Shown here in pieces: positions 30,452 through 39,226 of a stretch of DNA of 64,000 nt. Numbering within the stretch: position 1 is the stretch's first letter; each line of letters starts with the position of its first letter. The notes below the pieces were generated by a model, which saw nothing but the letters and a program-made list of their open reading frames with translations, was not told where the DNA came from and did not search any database. Position numbers and translations under genes: made by a program. The DNA is taken from assembly GCA_963754925.1 (NCBI GenBank), contig CAVWHX010000004.1, forward strand, positions 864,001 to 928,000, in the 5' to 3' direction. Origin of the DNA: an uncultured delta proteobacterium. Its GTDB lineage: Bacteria > Myxococcota > B64-G9.

Positions 30452-31144
30452 CTAGGCTTGCTCAAGATATCCTTTGAGCTTCAAAGCATAGATGATCTGT
30501 TGGGCGATTTGTTCGAGATCAAAGACCGAACAGTCATAGACCACATGGAAAGCCGATCGGCGGGGTTTCATCTCTTGGTAGATTTTCTGTACGTAGTCCC
30601 GTTCTTGATCCTTGCTTCTGACAAGCTCCCGAGCGGCGGCCAGGTTGAGATCCCCGCGCGCCGCCACCTGCTCGATGCGCCAGTCCTCAGGAGCTTCCAG
30701 GCGAACCGCCAAACCACGCGGCAGATCCACCGTGGCCACGACGCCAGCTTGACCAACTATCACCGCATTGCCATGCAGGGCGATTTTCCGAATGAGCAGG
30801 GTCGTCAAATGGCGAATCTGCGCTCGAGAAGGAATGCGACTATCAGAAAGAGAGCGCAAGAAGCCAAGAAAAAAATTCGACTTGGTTTCGAGTTCTTTAT
30901 CGAGCATATCAACGGTGATGTTCGTTTCTTCGGCGATCTGGTTGAGGATATATTTGTTGTAAATCTTCCAGAGTCGTTCTGGTCTTGCCTGCTTGTTGAG
31001 AATCTCAACCAGCAGTTGTCCCAGGTAGAAGGCGCCGCATCCGTACTGTCGTGATATGGTGACAAACGGTCCGCCAGGTGTCTTGTGGCCGACTGGCTCT
31101 ACGGGGCGATCTCCAATGTACTTTGCTAATGTAATTTTGCTCAT
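30452..31144 (-). CDS. Cytidylate kinase-like family protein
   Basis: FVTISRQYGCG, GNAVIVG, VRLEAP..WR, D.ER..Y. Confidence 0.85.
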   Translation of the reverse strand: MSKITLAKYIGDRPVEPVGHKTPGGPFVTISRQYGCGAFYLGQLLVEILNKQARPERLWKIYNKYILNQIAEETNITVDMLDKELETKSNFFLGFLRSLSDSRIPSRAQIRHLTTLLIRKIALHGNAVIVGQAGVVATVDLPRGLAVRLEAPEDWRIEQVAARGDLNLAAARELVRSKDQERDYVQKIYQEMKPRRSAFHVVYDCSVFDLEQIAQQIIYALKLKGYLEQA

Positions 31145-31502
31145 GGAGCCCTCCTTTCAGGCCTTGCGCTACTACTTTTAATAATAATTGATCTGAATCC
31201 TAAATGGTATCCTTTTCTAGGATGAAAAGAATGCTCCCCGAAGACCGCACCACCTCAGAAGCGAGTCCCTGGATCGCCCGCAGTAGGACTTAAGATGCGC
31301 CGCATCGCCGACCTTGAAAAAAATTTAAAAATCTTGAAAAAAATATTGCTATACCCTGTACGAAATGGAGTACACTATCTATGGGCGTCGCTTACGATGC
31401 ACGCTGGTAGAAAAGGCGTTTGTATCTTTGAGCGAATGTTTCTAACCTCGGCTGCCGTATCTCCATTTACGGAGTCGAGAAAAAAAAAGGAGGTATATTG
31501 AA

Positions 31503-32774
31503 ATGGATCAGTCACCTTCCGAACCTTATCCGCCGTCCCGCTATCAGGGCCGGGAACATTTCTTTCCTCACATCTCAAACGAACAATGGAATGATTGGCG
31601 GTGGCAGTTCCAACACCGCATCACGTCATTAGAAAGGCTTTCAAAATACATACCCATTCCTGAGAACGAATTTCATCTGCGCCAGGAAGTCGTGCGACTC
31701 TTTCGCATGGGCATTACGCCTTACTACCTGTCGTTGATCGATGCTGACGATCCCCATGATCCAATATTGAGGCAAGTGGTCCCGCTCAAGGAGGAATACC
31801 TATACCGCGCAGCTGGCGAGGAGGATCCTCTGGCCGAAGAGAAGCTTTCTCCGGTGCCGGGGTTGACCCACCGCTATCCAGACCGTTGCCTCATGGTTGT
31901 CTCCAACGTGTGTGCAACGTATTGCCGCCACTGTACCCGTAAGCGCATCATGGCTGAAGGAAGCGCACCGCACATCAACATAGATGCCATGATCGATTAC
32001 ATCCGCCGCACCCCCAGCATCCGTGATGTGGTCGTCTCCGGTGGCGATCCGTTGTGTTTCTCAACCGCCAAGCTGGAAAGCATTTTGGTCAAAGTTCGCT
32101 CTATCCCACATGTTGAAGTGATCCGCATCGGCACCCGTGTTCCGGTGACCTTGCCCCAACGGGTAACCGACGACCTGTGCACGATGCTCCAGCGGTATCA
32201 CCCGCTCTGGATCAACACGCACTTCAATAATCCGCGGGAGTGCACGCCGGAATCGGCAAATGCTATTGATAAGTTGTTGCGCGCCGGCATCCCCATCAAT
32301 AACCAGTGCGTGCTGTTGCATGGCGTCAACGACGATGTTGCCACCATGAAAATGTTGATGCATGCCTTGATGCGTATGCGTGTTCGACCCTACTACGTCT
32401 TCCAATGCGATCCGGTGAACGGCACCGAGCACCTGCGCACCCCTATCTCCAAAGGCATCGAGATCATGGAGCGCCTGCGCGGTCACACCAGCGGGTTGTG
32501 TATCCCCACCTTTGTTATCGATTCCCCCGGCGGCGGCGGCAAGATTCCGGTTGGTCCCGAGTATTTGCTCGCCTACGATCAGAAGGAAGGTCACGCCACC
32601 CTGCGCAACTTCCAGGGCAAGATCTACGAGTATCACGATCCGCGGCCCGAGCGCACGTTGGTCCACCTCACCGTGGCCGCGCGCGAGGACAAGCAGGCCA
32701 AGAACACGAATAGAAGTACTTGGGTTCGCCGGCGGCGCGCGCGCACCCAACCGGTGCGGGCCAAAAGCGGCTAG
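31503..32774 (+). CDS. kamA: KamA-family radical SAM/PLP aminomutase (lysine 2,3-aminomutase-like)
   Basis: WNDWRWQ, ITPYY, THRYPDR, CATYCRHCTRKR, SGGDPL, HFN, RPYY, PGGGGKIP (PLP lysine). Confidence 0.9.
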   Translation: MDQSPSEPYPPSRYQGREHFFPHISNEQWNDWRWQFQHRITSLERLSKYIPIPENEFHLRQEVVRLFRMGITPYYLSLIDADDPHDPILRQVVPLKEEYLYRAAGEEDPLAEEKLSPVPGLTHRYPDRCLMVVSNVCATYCRHCTRKRIMAEGSAPHINIDAMIDYIRRTPSIRDVVVSGGDPLCFSTAKLESILVKVRSIPHVEVIRIGTRVPVTLPQRVTDDLCTMLQRYHPLWINTHFNNPRECTPESANAIDKLLRAGIPINNQCVLLHGVNDDVATMKMLMHALMRMRVRPYYVFQCDPVNGTEHLRTPISKGIEIMERLRGHTSGLCIPTFVIDSPGGGGKIPVGPEYLLAYDQKEGHATLRNFQGKIYEYHDPRPERTLVHLTVAAREDKQAKNTNRSTWVRRRRARTQPVRAKSG

Positions 32775-33079
32775 AGTCTGTAGCGAGCGGAGCGAGGCGT
32801 ACAGAGTCTTGTCCCTTTAGGGGTTAGAGACTGTTACGACCGAAGGGAGTTACAGTCTCTTGTCCCTTTAGGGGCTAGAGACTGTAGCGAGCGTAGCGAG
32901 GCGTATAAAAGATTTTTGACGAACGAAGTGAGGATTACAAGCTCTTATCCTATGGACAGTCTCTTGTCCCCGAAGGGGGCTTGGGTTTTCTCTCACCAAT
33001 AGTGGAAAAGCTCTTGTCTTTTGGGGCTAGAGATTGTAACTAACGAGAGGGGTATACTCTTATCCCCGAAGGGGACTAG
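32771..33079. repeat. Family B palindromic repeat array (about 6 full or partial units) between kamA and the first ligase
   Basis: Repeated TAGAGACTGT..CGAGCG(T/G)AGCGAG..ACAGTCTCTT plus TCCCC-GAA-GGGG or TCCCTTTAGGGG hairpins. Confidence 0.9.
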
Positions 33080-33091
33080 GAACAAGACCTC

Positions 33092-34081
33092 ATGGAAATC
33101 GGCATTGCCTATGATCTCAAGAGCGACTTTTCGGCTCAGTCGGACGACCCCGAGGATCGTTTCGAAGAATACGACAACCAGGCGACCATCAATGGTATCG
33201 CCGCGGCGCTCGAGGCTGCCGGCCATCGCACGCGTTTTTTGGGCGGCGGACGCCGCTTCATCGAGCAGGTCTTGGCGCAACCACCTGAGCTGGTCTTTAA
33301 CATCGCCGAGGGTTGTGGCACCCGCTCGCGTGAGGCGCACGTTCCAAGCGTGCTCGAGATGTTACATATACCGTACACACATAGCGACCCGCTTACCCTG
33401 GCAGTGACCCTCGACAAAGCCATCGCCAAACGCCTCGTGGCAGCGCAGGGGCTACCCACCCCCGGCTTTGCCGTGATCGAGCACCTTAAGCAACTCAGTG
33501 ATGTGCGGCTTCAGTTTCCGGTTATCACCAAGCCGCTCTTTGAAGGCTCGAGTATGGGCATTCGTAAGACGTCCCGCGTGACGGACCAAGCATCCTTGCA
33601 TAATCAAATCGAACGGCTACTCGCCGACTATCGCCAACCGGTGCTCCTGGAGGAGTTTTGCAGTGGGCCGGAATTCACCGTCGGCGTGTTGGGAAACGGA
33701 TCGAAGGCCGGTGTTATCGGCATCATGGAGATTCAGCCGCGTCGCGGAAAGCTCGAAGACTTCGTCTACTCACTGGAAGTCAAGCGCAACTATCTTGAAG
33801 AGGTTGAATACCGCGTTCCCCCCGATCAACCCCCTGCGCTGCTCAACCTGATCGAAAATATTGCGCTCGGCGTCTACCGCGCGCTGGACTGCCGGGATGT
33901 TGCGCGGGTGGATCTGCGGGTTTCAGCCTCTGGCAAGCCAAAATTTATTGAAATTAACCCGCTGCCCGGTCTCAACCCGACCACCGGTGACATAGTTATT
34001 CTTTCATCGCGGGCAGGGATATCGTATGATACCTTAATTGGTAGGATTGTCGCAGCGGCGCGCGAGCGAAACCGGATCTAA
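33092..34081 (+). CDS. ATP-grasp ligase, D-Ala-D-Ala ligase-like (non-canonical)
   Basis: VFNIAEG, PYTHSD, DKAIAK, KPLFEGSSMGI, EEF..G.EFTVG, RVDLR, EINPLPGL. Confidence 0.88.
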   Translation: MEIGIAYDLKSDFSAQSDDPEDRFEEYDNQATINGIAAALEAAGHRTRFLGGGRRFIEQVLAQPPELVFNIAEGCGTRSREAHVPSVLEMLHIPYTHSDPLTLAVTLDKAIAKRLVAAQGLPTPGFAVIEHLKQLSDVRLQFPVITKPLFEGSSMGIRKTSRVTDQASLHNQIERLLADYRQPVLLEEFCSGPEFTVGVLGNGSKAGVIGIMEIQPRRGKLEDFVYSLEVKRNYLEEVEYRVPPDQPPALLNLIENIALGVYRALDCRDVARVDLRVSASGKPKFIEINPLPGLNPTTGDIVILSSRAGISYDTLIGRIVAAARERNRI

Positions 34082-34229
34082 GCCACGGCTTAACAAGGGA
34101 GGATCTGGCCCGAGGCATGCTATCATCGCCAGAGCACGGGAACGGGTACCGTGCACGGGAACCCCCCTTTGGGGATATCCGAAGGGGATCGTCAGATAGA
34201 CCGGCAGGAACATGAACGTACCGTAACCG

Positions 34230-35228
34230 ATGCATGTACTTATTCTCTATAACCTAGAACAAGACGTGCGTAGCGGCGAGGTTGCCGACTCGTTGGCCGT
34301 CAATGCCGTGGAGGGCGCAGCCACGGCCGTCGAGCGGGCGTGCATCGAATGTGGTTGGGAGGCGACGCGCTGCTGTGCGCCCGAAGATCCCGTAGCGTTT
34401 CTTGCGCTGCTCAGCAGCGTGCAGGCCGACGTGGTCTTCAATTTGGTCGAGTCGCTCAAGGGCGACGCCCGCCTCGAAACAGGCGCTATTTGGCTCTATG
34501 AGCTGGCCGGGTTACCCTACACCGGCTCGCCGCCGCGAGCGACTATGTTGGCGTTGGAAAAACCGGTCACCCGCGCGCTGCTTTCCGTCCATGGAGTGCC
34601 GATCCCGGCCGGACAATTATTTGAGTTTGGTAATGAGCCGCTCGATGGATTACGCCCACCGTGGATTGTCAAGCCCGCGCGCGAGGATGCCAGCCACGGC
34701 ATCACCCTGGAGAGCGTGGTGTACGATGAGCGTTCTCTCCGCGAGCGAATTCATTACATTTACGAACGCTACCAGCAGGCGGCGCTCGTCGAGGAGTTTA
34801 TTGCTGGACGTGAATTCAATGTCTCGATTCTTGGCGAAGGAGCAGACATCGTCGCCCTGTCGCTGGCCGAGATCGATTACACCAATTTTCCACCCGGTCC
34901 GCGCCTCATCACCTACAATGCCAAGTGGATGGATGACAGTCCCGAGTGCACCGGATCTGTCCCCATCGCGGCTACCAATCTCTCGGACGAGCTGCGCACA
35001 CGCATCACCGAAGTCGCTCTCGCGGCCTATCGCATCATTGGTCTGCGCGACTATGGCCGGGTCGATCTGCGCTTGCACCCCGAGGCTGGTCCCTTGGTCT
35101 TGGATGTAAACGCGAACCCCGACCTATCGCCCGACGCCGGACTGGCCCGGGCCGCCGCAAGGAGTGGCATTGACTATGTCTCCCTCATCCAGCGCATCGT
35201 CACCCGCGCGCTCGAACGCGCCCGTTAA
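34230..35228 (+). CDS. Second ATP-grasp ligase, D-Ala-D-Ala ligase-like (non-canonical)
   Basis: VFNLVES, PYTGS, KPAREDASHGI, EEFIAGREFNV, YNAKW, DYGRVDLR, DVNANPDL. Confidence 0.88.
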   Translation: MHVLILYNLEQDVRSGEVADSLAVNAVEGAATAVERACIECGWEATRCCAPEDPVAFLALLSSVQADVVFNLVESLKGDARLETGAIWLYELAGLPYTGSPPRATMLALEKPVTRALLSVHGVPIPAGQLFEFGNEPLDGLRPPWIVKPAREDASHGITLESVVYDERSLRERIHYIYERYQQAALVEEFIAGREFNVSILGEGADIVALSLAEIDYTNFPPGPRLITYNAKWMDDSPECTGSVPIAATNLSDELRTRITEVALAAYRIIGLRDYGRVDLRLHPEAGPLVLDVNANPDLSPDAGLARAAARSGIDYVSLIQRIVTRALERAR

Positions 35229-35706
35229 GATCCGTGAGCTGCGCGCATCCGATCGCCTCCCCCTCACCGAACTGCTGCGCGAAACTGGCGCTTTTGACGA
35301 GCATGAAATAGCCGTCGCGTTGGAACTTATCGAGCGCGGCTGTGCGCCTGACAACATCGATTACCTTTTCAAAATAGCCGAGGATGAAAAATATCGCGTG
35401 GTCGGTTACGCGTGCTATGGCTTGGTTCCACTCACCGACGTGGTTTACGATCTTTATTGGATTGCGGTGCATCCAAAAAGCCAGGGCAAGAAGGTCGGCC
35501 GACACCTGATACGGGCCGTCGAGCAGGCCGTCAGAGAGATCGGCGGGCGCATGCTGTTGATTGAAACAGCATCCAAGGTCGAGTACCAACCCACCCGCGC
35601 CTTTTACGAGCGCGTAGGTTACCAAGAAATAGCCCGCATTCCGGACTTCTACCGCATCGGCGACGACAAGATTATTTATCGAAAGAAATTTGATCCGAAA
35701 ACGTAA
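35176..35706 (+). CDS. GNAT family N-acetyltransferase overlapping the second ligase
   Basis: YDLYWIAVHPKSQGKKVG (motif A), TRAFYERVGY, DFY; start uncertain. Confidence 0.88.
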   Translation: MSPSSSASSPARSNAPVKIRELRASDRLPLTELLRETGAFDEHEIAVALELIERGCAPDNIDYLFKIAEDEKYRVVGYACYGLVPLTDVVYDLYWIAVHPKSQGKKVGRHLIRAVEQAVREIGGRMLLIETASKVEYQPTRAFYERVGYQEIARIPDFYRIGDDKIIYRKKFDPKT

Positions 35707-35796
35707 CTAACCAGCTTCAGGCAGCAGAAGCGGCGTCTGTTGAGGTACGCAACCTATATGACCACGGACGCTCTGTGACACTTTGCCGGGTACCTA

Positions 35797-36627
35797 CTAT
35801 TTTGACTTGAGGACCGTATCGAATCCAGGCAATTCATCAATCTTCGGCATAAAGACGATCTCGACCCGGCGGTTCTGCGCCTTGTTTTCCGGTGAATCAT
35901 TCGGCGCGATCGGGTCGAACTCGGCGTTGCCGGCCCCGCTTATCATCTCCGGCGGGACCCCAGCATCCACCATCAACTTGACCACCTCGATCGCCCGTTG
36001 CGAAGAAAGCTCCCAATTAGAAGGAAAGCGTGCGGTCATAATCGGGGTCGAGTCTGAATGACCCACCACCTGAAACCGACGCTCGGGAAAGCCTTTTATG
36101 GTATTGGCGATTTCGGTTATGGCGACCTTGGCGTCGGGTTTGAGTTGCGCGCTACCAGAGGCGAAGAGCACATCGCTTTGCATCTGCACCACCATCCGAC
36201 CGTTACGCACCTTCACCTGCAAGGTTCCGGCGTCGATCATCTTGCGAAACTTCTCAAGCAACGAGCGGAAGTCGGCGTTACGGGCCTCGGCGGCCGCGCG
36301 CATTTTCCGTAGCTCATCTACCTCCTGAGTCAAGCTGCCTTTCTCCTTGAGAAGTTGATCGACGTCTTGACCCATGGAAGTGAGCTTTGACTCAAGGATC
36401 TGTTTTTGGCTCAACGCCGTGTCCAGCTTGTCCTCACAATCTTTCTTTTGGCTCGTGAGGTCGCTGCGGGTGTCCTCGAGCGCTTTCTGGTCAGCGGCTT
36501 TCTGATCTTCCATAGCTTTGTTCATCTCCGCCACTTTTGCATCGAAGGTGCCGGTCGTAACGCAGCCGGTAAAAAGAAAAGAAACAAACAAGCTCACACT
36601 AATGCCCAAACCTATGATCCGGATCAT
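35797..36627 (-). CDS. OmpA/MotB-family lipoprotein with coiled coil
   Basis: Lipobox FTGC, VLFASGSA, GHSD, NWELSSQRA, NRRVEI; RBS GGAGG before ATG 36627. Confidence 0.88.
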   Translation of the reverse strand: MIRIIGLGISVSLFVSFLFTGCVTTGTFDAKVAEMNKAMEDQKAADQKALEDTRSDLTSQKKDCEDKLDTALSQKQILESKLTSMGQDVDQLLKEKGSLTQEVDELRKMRAAAEARNADFRSLLEKFRKMIDAGTLQVKVRNGRMVVQMQSDVLFASGSAQLKPDAKVAITEIANTIKGFPERRFQVVGHSDSTPIMTARFPSNWELSSQRAIEVVKLMVDAGVPPEMISGAGNAEFDPIAPNDSPENKAQNRRVEIVFMPKIDELPGFDTVLKSK

Positions 36628-36855
36628 GATAACCTCCGCCGTTAGAAGTACTCTTGCGTTTCGAAGAATGGTTAATACTCCAGCTTGGTCCGCTTGGCAA
36701 CCAGAAAGCTCAACAAAATGGGTAAGATTATTTTTTGATACCATAGCCAGGTGTAACCACACAATATTCTGTTGCTGTTTAATTTCTTTCACGGCATGCT
36801 CAGGGCACCTTTCTATGGATGCATTGAGATCATGGACAATCGGGAGGTCTCTGCC

Positions 36856-37161
36856 ATGTTTGTTGTGTGTGTTACGGTCTGGGTGAAAGCAGGATTTGAA
36901 CAGGAGTTTATCGAGGCTACGCGGGACAATCACGAGAATACGCGCAAGGAGCCAGGCAACGTACGTTTTGATGTCCTGCAAAAGGAGGACGAACCAACTC
37001 GGTTCTTCCTCTATGAGGTCTACCGCACAAAAGCGGACGTTGACCAGCACAAGCAAACCGGCCACTACCAACGCTGGAGTAAAACCGTGGCGAATTGGAT
37101 GGCCAAGCCCAGGGAAGGCGTACGCCATGCGTCGCTTTTTCCAACCGCGAGCGGATGGTAA
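36856..37161 (+). CDS. Antibiotic biosynthesis monooxygenase family protein (LsrG-like)
   Basis: EPGNVRFDVLQ..PTRFFLYEVY..HKQTGHY..W; GGAGG RBS. Confidence 0.88.
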   Translation: MFVVCVTVWVKAGFEQEFIEATRDNHENTRKEPGNVRFDVLQKEDEPTRFFLYEVYRTKADVDQHKQTGHYQRWSKTVANWMAKPREGVRHASLFPTASGW

Positions 37162-37194
37162 AGAATCCCTGCGTCGTTATCGATGGGGAGGACT

Positions 37195-38376
37195 ATGATG
37201 CAGTTCGAATTCATGACCGCCGGGAGGATTATTTACGGCCGGGGTGTGTTTCAGCAAATCGGTCAACTCATAGCCGAACGCGGCAGAAACATTCTCATCG
37301 TTCGCGGCGGTAACCATCTTGAGCAGTCCGGGATACTGAAGCGGCTTCAATCAGATCTTGACTTACGGGAACTCAAACAAACGTTTTACACCGTGCAGGG
37401 AGAGACAACGCCAGAGGCAGTAGCCGCCGTGCTGGAGGCTGCCCGGAAGAACGATTGCGACGCGGTGATAGGCCTGGGAGGCGGAAGTGTCATCGATGCC
37501 GCCAAAGCTGCCGCTTCTCTTTCGACCAACGGCGGCGATCTATTCGATTACCTTGAAGGCATCGGCAGCGGCCAACAGCTGACGAAACCCGCCCTTCCGC
37601 TGATCGCGGTTCCCACGACCGCTGGAACCGGTTCCGAGGTGACAAAAAATGCCGTTATCACCGTGGCCGGGAAAAAAGCCAAGGTCAGCCTGCGCAGCCC
37701 CCATCTTATTCCCGCCATAGCATTGGTCGACCCACAGCTCACCGATCACCTTCCTCCCGCCATCACCGCAAGCACAGGCTTAGACGCGCTTTCCCAGCTG
37801 ATCGAAACCTATGTCACGAAACGGGCAAACCCGATGACTGATAGTCTTAGCCTGACGGGTATTCGGTTGTGTGCTCGCTCATTGCACCGGGTTTTTCAAA
37901 ACGGGCAGGACCAGGACGGCCGCGACGATCTGGCGTTAGCGGCCTTATTGAGCGGTATCTGCTTAGCAAACGCCGGACTCGGAGCCATCCATGGCTTGGC
38001 CGCACCACTGGGGGCTTGCTTTCCCATCCCGCATGGGGTGGCCTGCGGACGACTTCTCCCGTCGGTTATAAAGGCCAATATCGATGCGTTAAGTTCACTC
38101 GATAGGCAAAACTTCTATCTGAGCCGGTTTGTTGACGTGGCCGAGGCCTGGCTCGGTACCCGGAGGCTTGAACAAAACGCTCTGGTCGATTCATTGGTCC
38201 ATCATCTTAATAAGCTTATTTCTAATCTTAATCTTCCGAGCCTTAAATCGTTTGGAGTTTCACATCAAGATCTGCCTATGCTAGCTGAAAAATCCATACA
38301 TTCCAGCTCGATGCGAGGAAATCCGGTGGTACTTTCCGAAAAAACTCTGATCGACATATTGGGACAGGCGTTATGA
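37195..38376 (+). CDS. Iron-containing alcohol dehydrogenase
   Basis: GLGGGSVIDAAKA, VPTTAGTGSE, DALSQ, HGLA, PHG. Confidence 0.92.
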   Translation: MMQFEFMTAGRIIYGRGVFQQIGQLIAERGRNILIVRGGNHLEQSGILKRLQSDLDLRELKQTFYTVQGETTPEAVAAVLEAARKNDCDAVIGLGGGSVIDAAKAAASLSTNGGDLFDYLEGIGSGQQLTKPALPLIAVPTTAGTGSEVTKNAVITVAGKKAKVSLRSPHLIPAIALVDPQLTDHLPPAITASTGLDALSQLIETYVTKRANPMTDSLSLTGIRLCARSLHRVFQNGQDQDGRDDLALAALLSGICLANAGLGAIHGLAAPLGACFPIPHGVACGRLLPSVIKANIDALSSLDRQNFYLSRFVDVAEAWLGTRRLEQNALVDSLVHHLNKLISNLNLPSLKSFGVSHQDLPMLAEKSIHSSSMRGNPVVLSEKTLIDILGQAL

Positions 38377-38576
38377 CTCTTCAACCAAACCTTGACTTGT
38401 TCTCAAACATATGTTTTAAGGCGCGCCGAATGCGATGGATCGCTTGGGTGATACCATGTTTTGCCTCCGTGCTTCGCCGGTAGCACAAAATACTTTTTTT
38501 GGCACTTGTCCCTACTACCTCAGGACGAGCGCAAAGAGACACTTTCACCGGTGAGAGTGCTCAAGGAGAGAGTCGG

Positions 38577-39137
38577 ATGAAAAAGCTTACGTTAGTAGTC
38601 ACGGTAGGGGTTGCGGTTGTGTTTATGGCAGCGTGTTCGATGAAGGCTTCCAAGGAAGATTGTATGGCTGCCTGCAAAAAGATTTCCGACCTACAGAAGG
38701 CTGCGACCGTAGCAGCGCCGAGCGAGGATACATCGGCTAAGGCGACCGAAGCGTTGGACGCAAAAGTAAAGGAGTTGCAGGATCAACAAGTTAAGTCAGG
38801 CGAAGATCTAGACAAAGAAATGGCGTCCAAGGTGGCCAGCGTCAAGAAAGAAGCCGACAAGGCCAAGATAGCAGAAGAATACAAGGCCAAAAAAGAAGAA
38901 GCATCGAGAGCATCGGCAAAGATGATGCAAGAAATCATGGATCAGAAGGCCCAGATCTTGAAAAACATTGAAGACGCCAAGATTAAGGCCGAAGCTGAAG
39001 CCGTCAAAATGGCCGAAGAAGCGGTTACTAGTTGCGTTGATGTGTGCCTCAAGAGCGGCTTCAAAAAGAAGTATACCGACTGCCAGAAGAATGCTGCGAA
39101 GTTCGAAGACATCGCCAAATGCGTTGGTAGTAAGTAA
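38577..39137 (+). CDS. Lys/Ala/Glu-rich coiled-coil lipoprotein with paired cysteines
   Basis: MKK + hydrophobic stretch + MAAC lipobox; CMAAC; CVDVC..DC..KC. Confidence 0.75.
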   Translation: MKKLTLVVTVGVAVVFMAACSMKASKEDCMAACKKISDLQKAATVAAPSEDTSAKATEALDAKVKELQDQQVKSGEDLDKEMASKVASVKKEADKAKIAEEYKAKKEEASRASAKMMQEIMDQKAQILKNIEDAKIKAEAEAVKMAEEAVTSCVDVCLKSGFKKKYTDCQKNAAKFEDIAKCVGSK

Positions 39138-39226
39138 TACGCGGGCTTGGCCGTACGTCTATACGGCCATAAATGAAGATCGTGATATCGTAGATCATGG
39201 GGGCCATGCCCCGGTGAAATTCCTCG

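Noticed and set aside
31447..31488. Intrinsic terminator in the kamA leader
   Set aside because: The hairpin is followed by an A-run on the sense strand, and on the other strand the T-run precedes it, so it fits neither direction.
32771..33079. CRISPR array interpretation of the family B arrays
   Set aside because: Units are degenerate, nested and self-complementary, with no constant repeat plus unique spacer pattern and no cas genes.
34089..34150. SAM-I riboswitch-like text (GGAGGATCTGGCCCGA) between the two ligases
   Set aside because: It lacks ATCxAGAG, GCAACC and GGTGC..TCC and has no expression platform; a cmscan would settle it.
36628..37128. Long N-terminal extension of the OmpA/MotB ORF in the track
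   Set aside because: It is antisense to the ABM gene; the RBS and lipoprotein signal indicate a start at 36627.
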